DNA from: an uncultured virus (IMG/VR IMGVR_UViG_3300024359_000004)
Taxonomy: Duplodnaviria > Heunggongvirae > Uroviricota > Caudoviricetes
Virus record (IMG/VR): IMGVR_UViG_3300024359_000004
Direction: 5' to 3' (one strand)
DNA: 64,000 bases
Positions 41,014 through 52,225 of this stretch are shown here, one piece after another. The translations under genes and the position numbers were made by a program. The notes under the pieces are model-generated. The model searched no databases. It worked only from the letters and a program-made list of their open reading frames with translations, and was not told where the DNA came from. Positions within the stretch are counted from its first letter, which is position 1. Every line of letters begins with the position of its first letter.

Positions 41014-41602
41014 GTTTTCTTATCGAATATAAAACTGGGATAAACTTGAGTTCATCGTCAAGCATCCCTATGTTATTCTTATATTCTATAAGTATCTCGT
41101 TATTGGATAAAAAATCAATTGATGCAGTTTTAATCTTATCAATGAATTTATCAACATCACCGTTAATGAATTTTATTTGTCTTAAATCAAAACCAAATAT
41201 ATATTTATCTGAATATATATAGAGCATCTTATCTGTAAGAAATGATATATTTTTATCGAAGCTTTTTATTTTATCAAAAATCTTTTTGATTTTTCTTTCA
41301 TTAAAAAGTATTACATCAACAAAGATGTATTCTATTGTATTCGTTAAATGTTTATATGAATTTTCTATGAAGTAGAATAGGTCTTCTTCGAATAACCCTC
41401 TCTTTTCTTTCTTTGAGAACGTCCAGTAATTTAAATCATTTATTTTTCTATCAATATAATTTAAATCACCATATGATTGTGTGGCATTATCTATGCCAAT
41501 AACCAACGTTGGGATTCCTTCAATAATCTTATCAAAAGAATCCACAACATTAAAGTTTTCATCTACCTTAATATTATCTATTGTTACAATATTACCAATC
41601 AT
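41006..41602 (-). CDS. Hypothetical protein
   Basis: 198-aa ORF with its own promoter motif. Confidence 0.8.
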   Translation of the reverse strand: MIGNIVTIDNIKVDENFNVVDSFDKIIEGIPTLVIGIDNATQSYGDLNYIDRKINDLNYWTFSKKEKRGLFEEDLFYFIENSYKHLTNTIEYIFVDVILFNERKIKKIFDKIKSFDKNISFLTDKMLYIYSDKYIFGFDLRQIKFINGDVDKFIDKIKTASIDFLSNNEILIEYKNNIGMLDDELKFIPVLYSIRKHG

Positions 41603-41607
41603 TAAGG

Positions 41608-41639
41608 CAAATATAATAAAAAATAACTAAAAATACAAA
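41608..41639 (-). promoter_or_regulatory. Bacteroidota sigma70-type promoter
   Basis: Minus strand TTTG-N20-TATATTTG. Confidence 0.75.
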
Positions 41640-42389
41640 TTATTTGTTGCTACCATTACCTCCACCTCCAGATTTTAAATCTGATGTGAAACTTAAGTCA
41701 GAAACTTCATTACTTAAATCCCTTTCTGAATATCCATATCTTGTACCGTTTTCACTTTTACCTGGTCCTTTACAACCACCACTTGATTGTTTACAACCAC
41801 CACCACTTCTTTCTTTTATACATCTACAATCGTCTAGCTTTTCTGGGAATGGTGCATAACCAGTTTTCCAAAGTTCAAAACCAGCACTCTTAATTTTTGG
41901 TCTTCTAATAAATTCATCAAATGGGAATGTGTATGGGTCTATTTTTCTACCAGGTGAAATCCAATGATGCCCAGTAATATATTTTAAATTAGGTATTGAT
42001 TCTTTTAAATCTAAAATTAAGTTAGCACAAGCCGTTATCTGTTGATTATTAAATTTATTATTACCTTCAGTACCTAACATACTAAATGATATACCAATAC
42101 TATAAGAATTAACAAATCTACCTTTAGGTCCGTATGAATTACCAGCATGACTAAGTTTTCTAGTAGCTGGGGCACCCTGATATATCTTACCTTGTTTATC
42201 TATTAAAAAATGATAACCATAACCCTTACTTTTAAGTGTTGTAACATCACTAGTAATACTAGCACCAGCAGTCCAATGTAATACAATAGTGTTAATATCA
42301 TCTATATCCATACTTTTTTTATTTAAAAAATATGGTTGTATTAATTTAAAATCTTCATTTTTAACATTCTCAAATGGTTGTATTGCCAT
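41640..42389 (-). CDS. N-acetylmuramoyl-L-alanine amidase (Amidase_2)
   Basis: IVLHWTAG, GYHFLIDKQG, SHAG, NSYSIGISF and ITGHH...RKIDP. Confidence 0.92.
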   Translation of the reverse strand: MAIQPFENVKNEDFKLIQPYFLNKKSMDIDDINTIVLHWTAGASITSDVTTLKSKGYGYHFLIDKQGKIYQGAPATRKLSHAGNSYGPKGRFVNSYSIGISFSMLGTEGNNKFNNQQITACANLILDLKESIPNLKYITGHHWISPGRKIDPYTFPFDEFIRRPKIKSAGFELWKTGYAPFPEKLDDCRCIKERSGGGCKQSSGGCKGPGKSENGTRYGYSERDLSNEVSDLSFTSDLKSGGGGNGSNK

Positions 42390-42403
42390 AACATTATAAT
42401 TTA

Positions 42404-45400
42404 TTAAATTATTATTCCTCCACTACTTTCTTGTAATGTAAAGTTACTATCATAAACTTTTCCAGTTCTACCTTTTTTAGTTTCTACTTGATTTAAGTAA
42501 CCTAAAAGACCACTAAATAATTCACTCTTAGTTATTAATGGTGTTTTTGTTCTTTTAACTCTAACACCCTTAAAATTAGTTTGCATATTGTGTGGTGTTA
42601 TACTGTGAGTCACTTTAAATATATTATATGTACCTCTAAACATAGGCACATTTGATAATTGAAAGTACATGAATGGTTGAATCATAGCATTACCCATCAT
42701 ATCAACTTCACATGTGTATGCTCTATTTTGATATACATTCCATAAATTCTGACCATTATATGATGGTTTTGTTTTATCCCCTAATTTAGTTAAATTTTCA
42801 ACAGTATTTAAACTTTCAAGTGTTGCTGTAAATTCGCTTTGGTCTAATTTAAGATTTTTGAAATATGACTGATTTTGTTTAGCGTAACTAACTAAGAAAT
42901 AAGGTATATTCGTATTATTATCATTTTTCTCTGTTAGAAAATCATTTGGTAATTTTGTAGTTGAATATCCGTTATTATCATAATCAATAATAAATGAATC
43001 GTCTGGGTGTGATGAATCTTCACCCATATCTAAGTGATTAGATATTTGACCAGAATACATACAAACAAATGAAGGTCCTTGAGATATTGATTTAGCCTTA
43101 CTATATGGGTATGGTTTAAAAACATCTATAACATCATTAATATCACTATAATTTATAAAATTAGGTAGAGGTATAAAGTTAAAGTTATTATCCCTTAATA
43201 TTGTATCTAGTAAATTAAAGACTGATTTATTTGGTTTACCTAAAATTAATTCTTTAACCATATATGGGTTTATATAAAATTTATCACCAATATCATTATA
43301 TGACCTGTCAATAAATCTAAATGTATTAAATAAACCTTCTTTTTTAATATTACTACTGCATGATGCTACTGGTAGGTTAGAGTCATTACCAGCAATCCAT
43401 TTATTATATACTGAAGATAATTCCCTATATATTGTTAGTTTTATTAAATCATCATCAATAGTATTAAATATTTGTTGTTCTATTTTATCTTGTTCTTTTT
43501 CTAATACTTTATCATAATCTTTAGCTAATGTTTTAAATCTAGATAAGAATCCGTTTAGATATACATCAAATTGGTCTTTATTAACCCATAGTTTTGAATA
43601 TCTTTTTTTTGTACTAATATAATTATTATACCTAAATATTTCTGGTTTACCATTTAAAATCCAGACATATTCAGCTATTAAATTTTTAATTAAATCAGCA
43701 CCTTTTGTTCCATTTCTATTTACTAGTGTAAATTGATAAGCATTAAGTTGGTCCCATGTACCCCATCCTGGATAATTAGCACTACTAATAAAATCCGCTT
43801 GTGCAGTAATATTAACATAGTTTTTAATACCATCACCTTGTGTATAAACCTTATCATCAAAAATATTTCTTAAATCTGATACCTTAACTTTTTTAGTGTA
43901 ATCTGTAACAAGAGCATTTGTTGGTTTATGTTGAATAATTTTTAAATCATTATATAGTTTTTCCCATTCACTAAATTCCCAGTCCTCTGGTTTTTCAGTA
44001 TATAATAATTCATATTGTCTTCTAACTTCAACAAACGCACCTTTAGAGAAATCTTGAAAAACTTTTTTAAATTTATCTTTAACTTCTTTTGGTAGATTTA
44101 TAATAGTTTTGTCAATATCTGGATATTTGTCAGCTCCAATATTAAAATTCATACCAGATATTCTTTCTTCACTGGTTTCATATAGGTACTCATAGTACTT
44201 TGGTAATACTGTGTCTTCATCTTGCCATGGTAAAAAATATTTTTCTGAGGTGTTACCAGTAAACCTTAATATATCATTACCTTTTGAACCTTCTTCATAT
44301 CTATAAATTATACCACCTATAAATGCACACCATAATTTAGGTGCTTTTATGAATGACCCATAGTTTGAAAACAATCCCTTTAGTGTTGGTGAGTCGTCTT
44401 CTTCATAAAAAGATTCATCTTTATTTATTTCATTATATCTATCAAATAAACTAACATCTATAGTATCATATGCATTAGCACTTAAATCACCAATATCACC
44501 TATAAGTCCTTGCCATCCAAAACTATGTAAGAATAAGAAGGCTCTAGCTTCATTAGTCTCTTGTTCATAATAAAATCTAGACCCAAATAAACTAAAATAA
44601 CGTAAACCGTTTTGATTGGTTAAGTCATCTTGTATTCCAAACTCTATAAAAGGAACATATGTTTTATCTCTATTTTCAACACTATAATTTTTATGTTCTT
44701 CAGTTAAATAACCTAACAACTCTCTTTGTTTTACGTAATTATTTGGTTGTAAATCTTCGTTATTATTAGTATTGTAATTCCTAGAAGTTACAAGGTTAAA
44801 GTTTATACCATCATATTCTGAATTTAAATTATCATAATCATATTGATAACGTTTTTTTAATTTATCATAACCATCACATAAGTATGTACCAAAATTATCA
44901 GCAAAAGACCCAACTCTTTGAGACCAATAAGCACATAATACTGATGATACATTAGATGGTACATCTCTTTTTGGGAAATGTTTTGCATCTAATTTTCTAT
45001 CTCTATCACCACCACCGCTTGAATCATATTGTATATCTGATATTTCAGTAGTTTTTACTCTACCGTTATAAGTGAATAAATCTGTACCTTCAGAATATGT
45101 ATCAAAATCTTCTATAATAGCTGTTGGTTCAGGATATATTTCATTATATGTTGGTTTTCTTAATGTAAATTGTTTTATATATGCTTCACTATCAACACCA
45201 AAAGCATTTAATATAGATTTTTTTTCTTTATCAAAAAATGTTGTAGCAAAGTCTGGTAATGTTCTTTGTTCTTCATAGTCGTCTTTATCAAGTATTTTAA
45301 AATATTCATCACTACCAACACTTGTTGTGATGCTTTTATTTGTAATGCTATTAACATTACTATCAATAAATAAATATTCACTCTTTAACGCTGATAATTC

Positions 45401-47695
45401 ACCATCACTTTTTAATTTATCACCATTCTTAAATATTTGACCATTAAAACCACCATTAACTGGTAGTATAGCCATTTCACCATCACCTATTAAGTATCTG
45501 TATTTGTAGTATTCTCCTTTAATACTCGTATTATCATCAATATTTTCGTCAGTAAAAGATACTGTATTCATAACGTATTTACCGTTTATATCCTCATTCT
45601 TTTTTCCTAGGAAATTAGATATTAAATCTTCTATAGTATTTTTACCTTTTATTGTATCTACAATATCTCGTTTTTTTTCATCTTCAAAATCAACTATGGC
45701 GTTAAATAAATTTTCAGCTTCCATTTCACCCATTATTTCAGCCATTCTGCTACTGAATAAACTATAGTTAGAAACTCTTAAACCTAAGAATCCCCTTAAT
45801 AGTAATGTTGTAACAGCTTCTTCCCAAACTGTTCTACTACCAACATCTTCTTTTAATGCTATTGTGTATGGGTTATTTTTTATTGCTGAATCACCACTTG
45901 ATAAAGTTGTTAATTGAGTTTCTATTGGTGATATTGGATAAAAATTAGCCGCACTATTTTGACCTTGCGCATCTATTTCTTGAATATCTTCTTTAGTTTG
46001 TTCTATTAGTATTTTTAATAATTCCTCAACAAATTTAACTTCTTGCATTTGTGGTACCTTTTTACCAATCCATGATTCTGTAGAAGTTTGTTGTCCTTCA
46101 GAATCTTCTTTAGTTTCGTAATATTCTGGCCATGGATATACTTTATTTTTATCTGTATTATTTTGGTTTATATTATTATTCTTATCTTTGGTTAGAATAT
46201 CCCTTATTTTCTGACTTCTTTCACCATCTTCGTATGCTTCTTTTGAAACCTGACCTAACGTTTTTATAAAAACCTCAGAATGTGTTATTATCATTTTGGT
46301 TATATTTCTAATTGTTGGTTTAAAATTTAGGTTTTCTTCAGCTTTGGCTGCTAATTCATCAGCTAACGCTTCAGTTAATTTTTTATTTTGTTCATTTATT
46401 TTATCTTCTTTTTCATTTAATAATTTAAATTGATTTCTTAAATCAAAAACATAAAATTCATTTGATTCTGGTGCGTAGTTTTTAACTTCTTTAGCTAATT
46501 CTTCATTTGAGTTTTTGGTTACTGAACCTTCTGCTGTGCTACCATTTAAAGAATTTATTGTTTTAGCCAATTCGTCTTGAGATTGTTTTGAAGCAGTTTT
46601 AGTGATAGGACCAATACCATCATCTTTAAAAGATGTTATGTCAGATGATTTTATCTTTAAATCTTCACTTGAAACCTTAGTGTTAAACCCATCTTTTTTA
46701 TCATCTAATAGTTTTATAATACCTTCTTTTTCTTTTTTTATTAAATTTTCTAAAACTTTATTATTATCTTTAACTTTCTTTTTTGATGAAAATACAATAC
46801 CTAATTCAGTGTCAATTATATAGTCTCCAGTCTCACCCTTCATTGATTTCATTAGGTTAGTTAACCTTTCTCTTAGTCTGTTAATGATATCTATAGTTTC
46901 TTTTGATTCATCTAGTTTTTTTACATTAACATCATCATTTTTTATTTTATCAAATTCTTCAGCTAGGTTTTCAACAGAATCCATGAATTCATCAATACTC
47001 ATTAATTCTGGGTCTTTATCTGTTTCTTCTTTCCAAAGAACCTTACCCTTTTCAGTTTTAATTACAGCTCTAATAATACCTAAAAGCATATCAGTTAATA
47101 AAGCATATGTATAACCGATAAATTCTGTATTAATTTCAAAGTTACCAGTTTCACTATTAAAAACACTATTCCATTTATATAAGTGTAGACAATAAGTAAC
47201 TGGTTTACCATAAAACCCCTTAACCTTTAATTCAAATATTGGGTATGGCATATCAAAAAAAGCATTATATTTACTATGGTTACCTTGTTGGAATATTGCA
47301 TTACCTCTGATATCAACAAATTTTATTGTTATTCTTGGGGTATATGCTGTATCAAAATTTATATGAATATTTTCAATACCAAGAGTTTCTAAGTCTCTAT
47401 TTTGGTCATTTTTATCAAAGGAAGTTGTTGCATTAGTATAGTTTGTTGTTAAGTTATAAACATCTTTCCCATTATCATCAACACCAGTTTTGCTACCACC
47501 TATAAATTTAATAGGCTTACTAGCACCTTCCGAGCTATTAGTAACAACACCATTATTAATAACACTTCTATTTTTTCTAACACTATTTAATTCAACATAT
47601 ATCGATAAATCTTCTGTTGAATATAATCTATTGTCATTTGGGTTTGGTTCAAAAACTAATAACCTATTTTTTCTTTGTGCTTCTTCTCTAGCCAT
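42404..47695 (-). CDS. Large baseplate hub-like structural protein
   Basis: 1763 aa. C-terminal CEVDMMGNAMIQPFMYFQL...GTYNIFKVTHSI resembles the gpD/gp27 hub C-terminus. Position follows the LysM-like gene. Confidence 0.65.
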   Translation of the reverse strand: MAREEAQRKNRLLVFEPNPNDNRLYSTEDLSIYVELNSVRKNRSVINNGVVTNSSEGASKPIKFIGGSKTGVDDNGKDVYNLTTNYTNATTSFDKNDQNRDLETLGIENIHINFDTAYTPRITIKFVDIRGNAIFQQGNHSKYNAFFDMPYPIFELKVKGFYGKPVTYCLHLYKWNSVFNSETGNFEINTEFIGYTYALLTDMLLGIIRAVIKTEKGKVLWKEETDKDPELMSIDEFMDSVENLAEEFDKIKNDDVNVKKLDESKETIDIINRLRERLTNLMKSMKGETGDYIIDTELGIVFSSKKKVKDNNKVLENLIKKEKEGIIKLLDDKKDGFNTKVSSEDLKIKSSDITSFKDDGIGPITKTASKQSQDELAKTINSLNGSTAEGSVTKNSNEELAKEVKNYAPESNEFYVFDLRNQFKLLNEKEDKINEQNKKLTEALADELAAKAEENLNFKPTIRNITKMIITHSEVFIKTLGQVSKEAYEDGERSQKIRDILTKDKNNNINQNNTDKNKVYPWPEYYETKEDSEGQQTSTESWIGKKVPQMQEVKFVEELLKILIEQTKEDIQEIDAQGQNSAANFYPISPIETQLTTLSSGDSAIKNNPYTIALKEDVGSRTVWEEAVTTLLLRGFLGLRVSNYSLFSSRMAEIMGEMEAENLFNAIVDFEDEKKRDIVDTIKGKNTIEDLISNFLGKKNEDINGKYVMNTVSFTDENIDDNTSIKGEYYKYRYLIGDGEMAILPVNGGFNGQIFKNGDKLKSDGELSALKSEYLFIDSNVNSITNKSITTSVGSDEYFKILDKDDYEEQRTLPDFATTFFDKEKKSILNAFGVDSEAYIKQFTLRKPTYNEIYPEPTAIIEDFDTYSEGTDLFTYNGRVKTTEISDIQYDSSGGGDRDRKLDAKHFPKRDVPSNVSSVLCAYWSQRVGSFADNFGTYLCDGYDKLKKRYQYDYDNLNSEYDGINFNLVTSRNYNTNNNEDLQPNNYVKQRELLGYLTEEHKNYSVENRDKTYVPFIEFGIQDDLTNQNGLRYFSLFGSRFYYEQETNEARAFLFLHSFGWQGLIGDIGDLSANAYDTIDVSLFDRYNEINKDESFYEEDDSPTLKGLFSNYGSFIKAPKLWCAFIGGIIYRYEEGSKGNDILRFTGNTSEKYFLPWQDEDTVLPKYYEYLYETSEERISGMNFNIGADKYPDIDKTIINLPKEVKDKFKKVFQDFSKGAFVEVRRQYELLYTEKPEDWEFSEWEKLYNDLKIIQHKPTNALVTDYTKKVKVSDLRNIFDDKVYTQGDGIKNYVNITAQADFISSANYPGWGTWDQLNAYQFTLVNRNGTKGADLIKNLIAEYVWILNGKPEIFRYNNYISTKKRYSKLWVNKDQFDVYLNGFLSRFKTLAKDYDKVLEKEQDKIEQQIFNTIDDDLIKLTIYRELSSVYNKWIAGNDSNLPVASCSSNIKKEGLFNTFRFIDRSYNDIGDKFYINPYMVKELILGKPNKSVFNLLDTILRDNNFNFIPLPNFINYSDINDVIDVFKPYPYSKAKSISQGPSFVCMYSGQISNHLDMGEDSSHPDDSFIIDYDNNGYSTTKLPNDFLTEKNDNNTNIPYFLVSYAKQNQSYFKNLKLDQSEFTATLESLNTVENLTKLGDKTKPSYNGQNLWNVYQNRAYTCEVDMMGNAMIQPFMYFQLSNVPMFRGTYNIFKVTHSITPHNMQTNFKGVRVKRTKTPLITKSELFSGLLGYLNQVETKKGRTGKVYDSNFTLQESSGGIII

Positions 47696-48005
47696 ATAAT
47701 TCTTTATAAATGTTGACTGAATTTATATATCTGTCTATCGCATCTTCAAATGGATATGGTATCCTTATAATATCTCTATCTTTTATTTCAAATTCTAATC
47801 CACCATATTGTGGATTAGCTAACAAAATAAGCCAACCATGATATGGGTTATTATAATACCTTTGACTTAAAATGTCAAGCCTAGTTTCTCCAGTCTTATA
47901 AATAACAGTTTTATCATTAGAACCTACAGGTATTCTTATACCAGGTATTGGTTTCATTTCTCCATTATCTCTAAAAGATTCGTATCTATCAAAATATGTT
48001 GCCAT
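47688..48005 (-). CDS. LysM-like baseplate protein (gp53/gpX-like)
   Basis: TRLDILSQRYYNNPYHGWLILLANP...IIRIP. Confidence 0.85.
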   Translation of the reverse strand: MATYFDRYESFRDNGEMKPIPGIRIPVGSNDKTVIYKTGETRLDILSQRYYNNPYHGWLILLANPQYGGLEFEIKDRDIIRIPYPFEDAIDRYINSVNIYKELYG

Positions 48006-48035
48006 AATTATCTTTTTTTATATTGTGATATAAGT

Positions 48036-51000
48036 TTATAGTATTATTGGTTGTCTATTTTGACCAACTTTTGTTGTTACAGAAATCTTATTATTACCAT
48101 CAGAACTAGTAACAATAAATGAAACTAAATAATCAACATTTGATTCATTTTCTTTATAATCAATAATAACATTATTAACCTTATATTGACTAAACTTAAC
48201 TGAAGTTAGTATTTCAAAATCATCCTTACCAGAAGTAATTGTTTCATCACTTACAGGTACTTCAAAATATACCTTATCATTAATAGTACCATCTTCATTA
48301 AAAATAAGTTTTTCAACCCTTAATTTTTTAACTGTATAGTCTTGACTAATATCTTTCTTGAGTTGTACGCCAATACTTAAACTATTAACACCACTTTCAA
48401 CTAACTTTGCTGTTACAGGTTTTATTATATCATTTTCATATTGATTTACTTGAGTATTTTCAGTCTTATTAGCTTCGTTATTAGATTCAACTTCTTGATT
48501 ATTGGTAGAATCGTTTGTATTATTACTTAAACCTAATTTATTTTGTGGTTCTTCTAATGGTGTTTTTGGTGAATTTACTTTTTCACCTGGAACAAGTTCA
48601 CCATAACCCTTACCTTCATCATTTGCTTGAAGTCCTTGTTTAATTTTAATTCTATCAGCTCTTGCATCGTATATCTCAGTATTAGCAAAGAAGTTATATG
48701 ATACAGCGTTTTGTAGTTTATTAATTGGGCCTTCTAAACTTGAGCCACCTATAAATGCAAAATTAATTGTTACATTAGCAATCATTGGTTGTACACCTAC
48801 ACCTTCTGGGTTTAAATCCCAAACAAGTGGTTCAAAGTCTAAAGACATTGAATCGATTGCTATCTTAGTATGATAAAAATCACCAATTCTAAGTATAGAC
48901 ACTGGTGGTCTACCAAAAGCTAAGTTATCAGGTATTCCTTGGTCATGTTTAGTAGGACCTTGTCTAGTACACTGATGTAAGAAATTAAGTCTTGAGTTAA
49001 ATCCTTCTGGTGTTATACTATGAAATGATGGGTGAAAATATTTGAGTTTTTCTCTTATATTATCATAAACAAAATTATTATTCTCTTCTATCTTCTTAAA
49101 ATAATGACATTCAGTAAAGAATCTACTTGCTGGTATACTAACATCAGAGAATGGATTAGTATTAGGGTTTTCGTATTGACTATCTATTAACTCATCTTCT
49201 TTTAAAGAAGCATCATAACTAATCGTAACTTCAACCTTTCTAGCTTTTTTACAACCTAATCTGTCTTGACCGTTATCACCAGAACAACCATCACCAACAC
49301 TAACAGAACCAGAACCACTAGTTTTATATCTCTTATTAACTAACTTATCATCAAATATTGAACTACCGTTTGGTGTTATAGTTACTTGTGTCATAACTTG
49401 ATTTTTAAACCAATTTTCAACATTTTTAGCCCTTTCTTCAGATAAAGTTTGGTTATTACTTGAATTATCATTATTACTTGCTGATTGATTTCCTTGTGTA
49501 CTTGCATAACCAGTTATATTAACTCTACAATACTTACACTTTTCAATCATAAATGTATTTAACTCAGCAAAGAAATCATTATCTTTTATCCAACCCTCAG
49601 TTGTAACCCCGTCAATAGTTATAGGTTGTTTCCAACCATTAAGACCAAAATTAGTATTATTAGGGTATACAAAAGAACCACCACCTACTGTACCATCACC
49701 AGTGGTTGTTCCATTTTGTTCCGTCATAGCTGAAACTGGTAATTTATTTCCACCACTATCTAAACCATCTTCATAAGTTATTGGTATTGAAGATTCGTCA
49801 TTTGGGAAATAAACAGTAAAGGTAACATCTGGTGGAAGAGTATCATCAACCTTTTCTGGTTTTTTAGTGTTATCTTTTTTCTCAATATCATCTCTTTGTT
49901 GTTGAGTTAATACTAGATTTCTAACATCTTCGTATTCTAAACAACCAGCAAAGAAAGACGCTATATCATCATTATCAAAATTGTCAGGAAAGAAGTTAGC
50001 ATAATTTGGATGGTCAATAATAACTTTCCATGAAAGAGTTCCAGTTCTTTCAGTATTGTTGTAAGTATATATTGGTTCACCTCTACCTATAAAATTGCTT
50101 TTATCCCAGCTTACAGACGTTGTCTCGTTAAAACTGATGTCATATGGTGGAAACCACATAATTCTTCCTCTAAGACCACTTAACGGGTCTCCTGGACCCT
50201 TTTCACACTCTAATAGATTAGTTAAATCATCAGCCCATGCTAAATTCTCTATTGAGAACATATATCTTTTTATATCATCTAGATTACCTTCTTCATCTGT
50301 AGTTGGACCTATATTAACAAAACCAGTACTATTTAAAACTGAAGATTTTAAATTATTCGCGTTTGGTCTATTTGGGAAGTTTGGTCCACCAATAAGTCCA
50401 GAATGTTTTTGTAAGTCTTGTACATTGTTATATTTTCTAACTGGTGACCATGTTCTACAAAATACATTATCATCTTCTGATGTATTCCCAGCAAGTGCAT
50501 CAGCACTCAAAACACCAGAACCCTTAGATATTTTATTAGCACCTCTTTCACCTTCAGCTCTAACACCACTTTGTATTTCAGTTTTAGTTTCTTTACCGAA
50601 ACGACCAGAAACAAGTGTTTTAATTTTATTATTTTTAAATAATTTTTGAGTCTTGGTTAAAATACTATTTTTATTTTCTGTTTTTAAACTGTATACACCA
50701 TTAGTTGGTTTATTATTATTTTCATCACCCCAAATAAATTTACCTAAACCATCATTATCACCACTTATGTTATCTTCACTCTCAGTAACATTATCGATTA
50801 AAGAAGGAAATCCTTCAGATATATCAGCTATATTTTCTAAATTACCACCATTGTTAAGTTTAGAACCATAAGCATATATTGAACCACCACTAAGTGGTCC
50901 TTGGTTATAACCTCTTCCAGTTCTTTCATCAATAAATTCTGGGACAAAACCTTGTCTTGCACCTTTACCTGTAAATTTAGGGTCTATATTTGCATTCATG

Positions 51001-51995
51001 TTAGCAAACATTTGTAACACTTGACCTTTACCAGTATTACTAATCATACTATTAGCTCTAGTTATGTTACCTGTTTCATTTCCACTATCAGCTGCAAATA
51101 TTGAAGATTCATTCCCTAAAAGACTAAATGGTATTTTAGCGCCACTCATTCTTTCTAATAAATCACCAGCTGTACCTAAAGTACCTTGACCTACTGTAAT
51201 CTTATAATTTGGTACTATAAGACTATTACCTTTAGCAAGACTAATTGGGTTTAAATTAACTCTACCTAATGTATTTTCTTGTAACTCAAATGCTATATTA
51301 TTACCAATAGCTGTTGCTAGGTATCCAGCAGCAAGTTGACCTAATCTTGTATCATTTATTACACCTGTTGCAGTAAGTACTCTACCAGCTAATGAACTTC
51401 TAACATCAAAGTCAGATGTTAATCCACCGCCATTTGGGTCAAATCCAATACCACCACCTTGAGTAACGCTACCAATTATATCTAACGGTTGAGTTGAAGG
51501 ACCGCCAACATTTAAGTTATTATTTTCATCTAAATAAGAACCTGTTTGATTTCCAAATTTCTTATAAACTATATCAACTGGTGTTAACTTAGTAACATCT
51601 AAATATTGGTTGTTGATAACATTTGACTCTAAGTTATCTTCATTAGCTTCTAATAATTGAGCAGCAATATTACTATAAGGTTCATTATTCCATACATTAC
51701 CAGCAATTGTTGAATTTGTATTACCTGGAAGGAAATTAACATTATATTGTTGGTAATCAATATTATCACCTTGGTATTTATTAACAGATATATTACCATC
51801 CTTATAAAAAACACCATCATCTTCTATATTAGGTGAACTTTGGACTGATAAAGGTTGTGTTGATGGGTCTGCTGGATACCCAATACCAACTAATTCTGAT
51901 AATAAACCATTATCGGTTATTGTATCAGTAATTACATTTCTATTAAGTAATATATCCCTAAAAGTTGGTGATAACGTATTTATTCCATTTGGCAT
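48036..51995 (-). CDS. Tail-tube-initiator/baseplate protein with an inserted OmpA-C-like domain
   Basis: FPPYDISFNE...W...FIGRGEPIYTYNNTERT and PPVSILRIGDFY, around VYFPND...ITGYAS...NQTLSEERAKNV...ARKVEVTI. Confidence 0.7.
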   Translation of the reverse strand: MPNGINTLSPTFRDILLNRNVITDTITDNGLLSELVGIGYPADPSTQPLSVQSSPNIEDDGVFYKDGNISVNKYQGDNIDYQQYNVNFLPGNTNSTIAGNVWNNEPYSNIAAQLLEANEDNLESNVINNQYLDVTKLTPVDIVYKKFGNQTGSYLDENNNLNVGGPSTQPLDIIGSVTQGGGIGFDPNGGGLTSDFDVRSSLAGRVLTATGVINDTRLGQLAAGYLATAIGNNIAFELQENTLGRVNLNPISLAKGNSLIVPNYKITVGQGTLGTAGDLLERMSGAKIPFSLLGNESSIFAADSGNETGNITRANSMISNTGKGQVLQMFANMNANIDPKFTGKGARQGFVPEFIDERTGRGYNQGPLSGGSIYAYGSKLNNGGNLENIADISEGFPSLIDNVTESEDNISGDNDGLGKFIWGDENNNKPTNGVYSLKTENKNSILTKTQKLFKNNKIKTLVSGRFGKETKTEIQSGVRAEGERGANKISKGSGVLSADALAGNTSEDDNVFCRTWSPVRKYNNVQDLQKHSGLIGGPNFPNRPNANNLKSSVLNSTGFVNIGPTTDEEGNLDDIKRYMFSIENLAWADDLTNLLECEKGPGDPLSGLRGRIMWFPPYDISFNETTSVSWDKSNFIGRGEPIYTYNNTERTGTLSWKVIIDHPNYANFFPDNFDNDDIASFFAGCLEYEDVRNLVLTQQQRDDIEKKDNTKKPEKVDDTLPPDVTFTVYFPNDESSIPITYEDGLDSGGNKLPVSAMTEQNGTTTGDGTVGGGSFVYPNNTNFGLNGWKQPITIDGVTTEGWIKDNDFFAELNTFMIEKCKYCRVNITGYASTQGNQSASNNDNSSNNQTLSEERAKNVENWFKNQVMTQVTITPNGSSIFDDKLVNKRYKTSGSGSVSVGDGCSGDNGQDRLGCKKARKVEVTISYDASLKEDELIDSQYENPNTNPFSDVSIPASRFFTECHYFKKIEENNNFVYDNIREKLKYFHPSFHSITPEGFNSRLNFLHQCTRQGPTKHDQGIPDNLAFGRPPVSILRIGDFYHTKIAIDSMSLDFEPLVWDLNPEGVGVQPMIANVTINFAFIGGSSLEGPINKLQNAVSYNFFANTEIYDARADRIKIKQGLQANDEGKGYGELVPGEKVNSPKTPLEEPQNKLGLSNNTNDSTNNQEVESNNEANKTENTQVNQYENDIIKPVTAKLVESGVNSLSIGVQLKKDISQDYTVKKLRVEKLIFNEDGTINDKVYFEVPVSDETITSGKDDFEILTSVKFSQYKVNNVIIDYKENESNVDYLVSFIVTSSDGNNKISVTTKVGQNRQPIIL

Positions 51996-52070
51996 AATAA
52001 AATCTTTTTATTATAAATACTATGTTAACTAAAAATTTTAGAAAATAAATAGTTGATAAAATGAAAAAAA

Positions 52071-52225
52071 TACTATATATTATATAAATTATATTATATT
52101 AATTATATTATATAGTTATATTATATTAATTATATTATATAGTTATATTATATTATATTATATAGTTATATTATATTATATAGTTATATTATAGTTAATA
52201 TATATATTATATTATATATATAATA
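52071..52225. repeat. Non-coding A/T tract built from TTATA units with five TAGTTA cores
   Basis: About 155 bp with almost no G or C. TAGTTA at 52113, 52140, 52163, 52181 and 52192. Confidence 0.9.
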
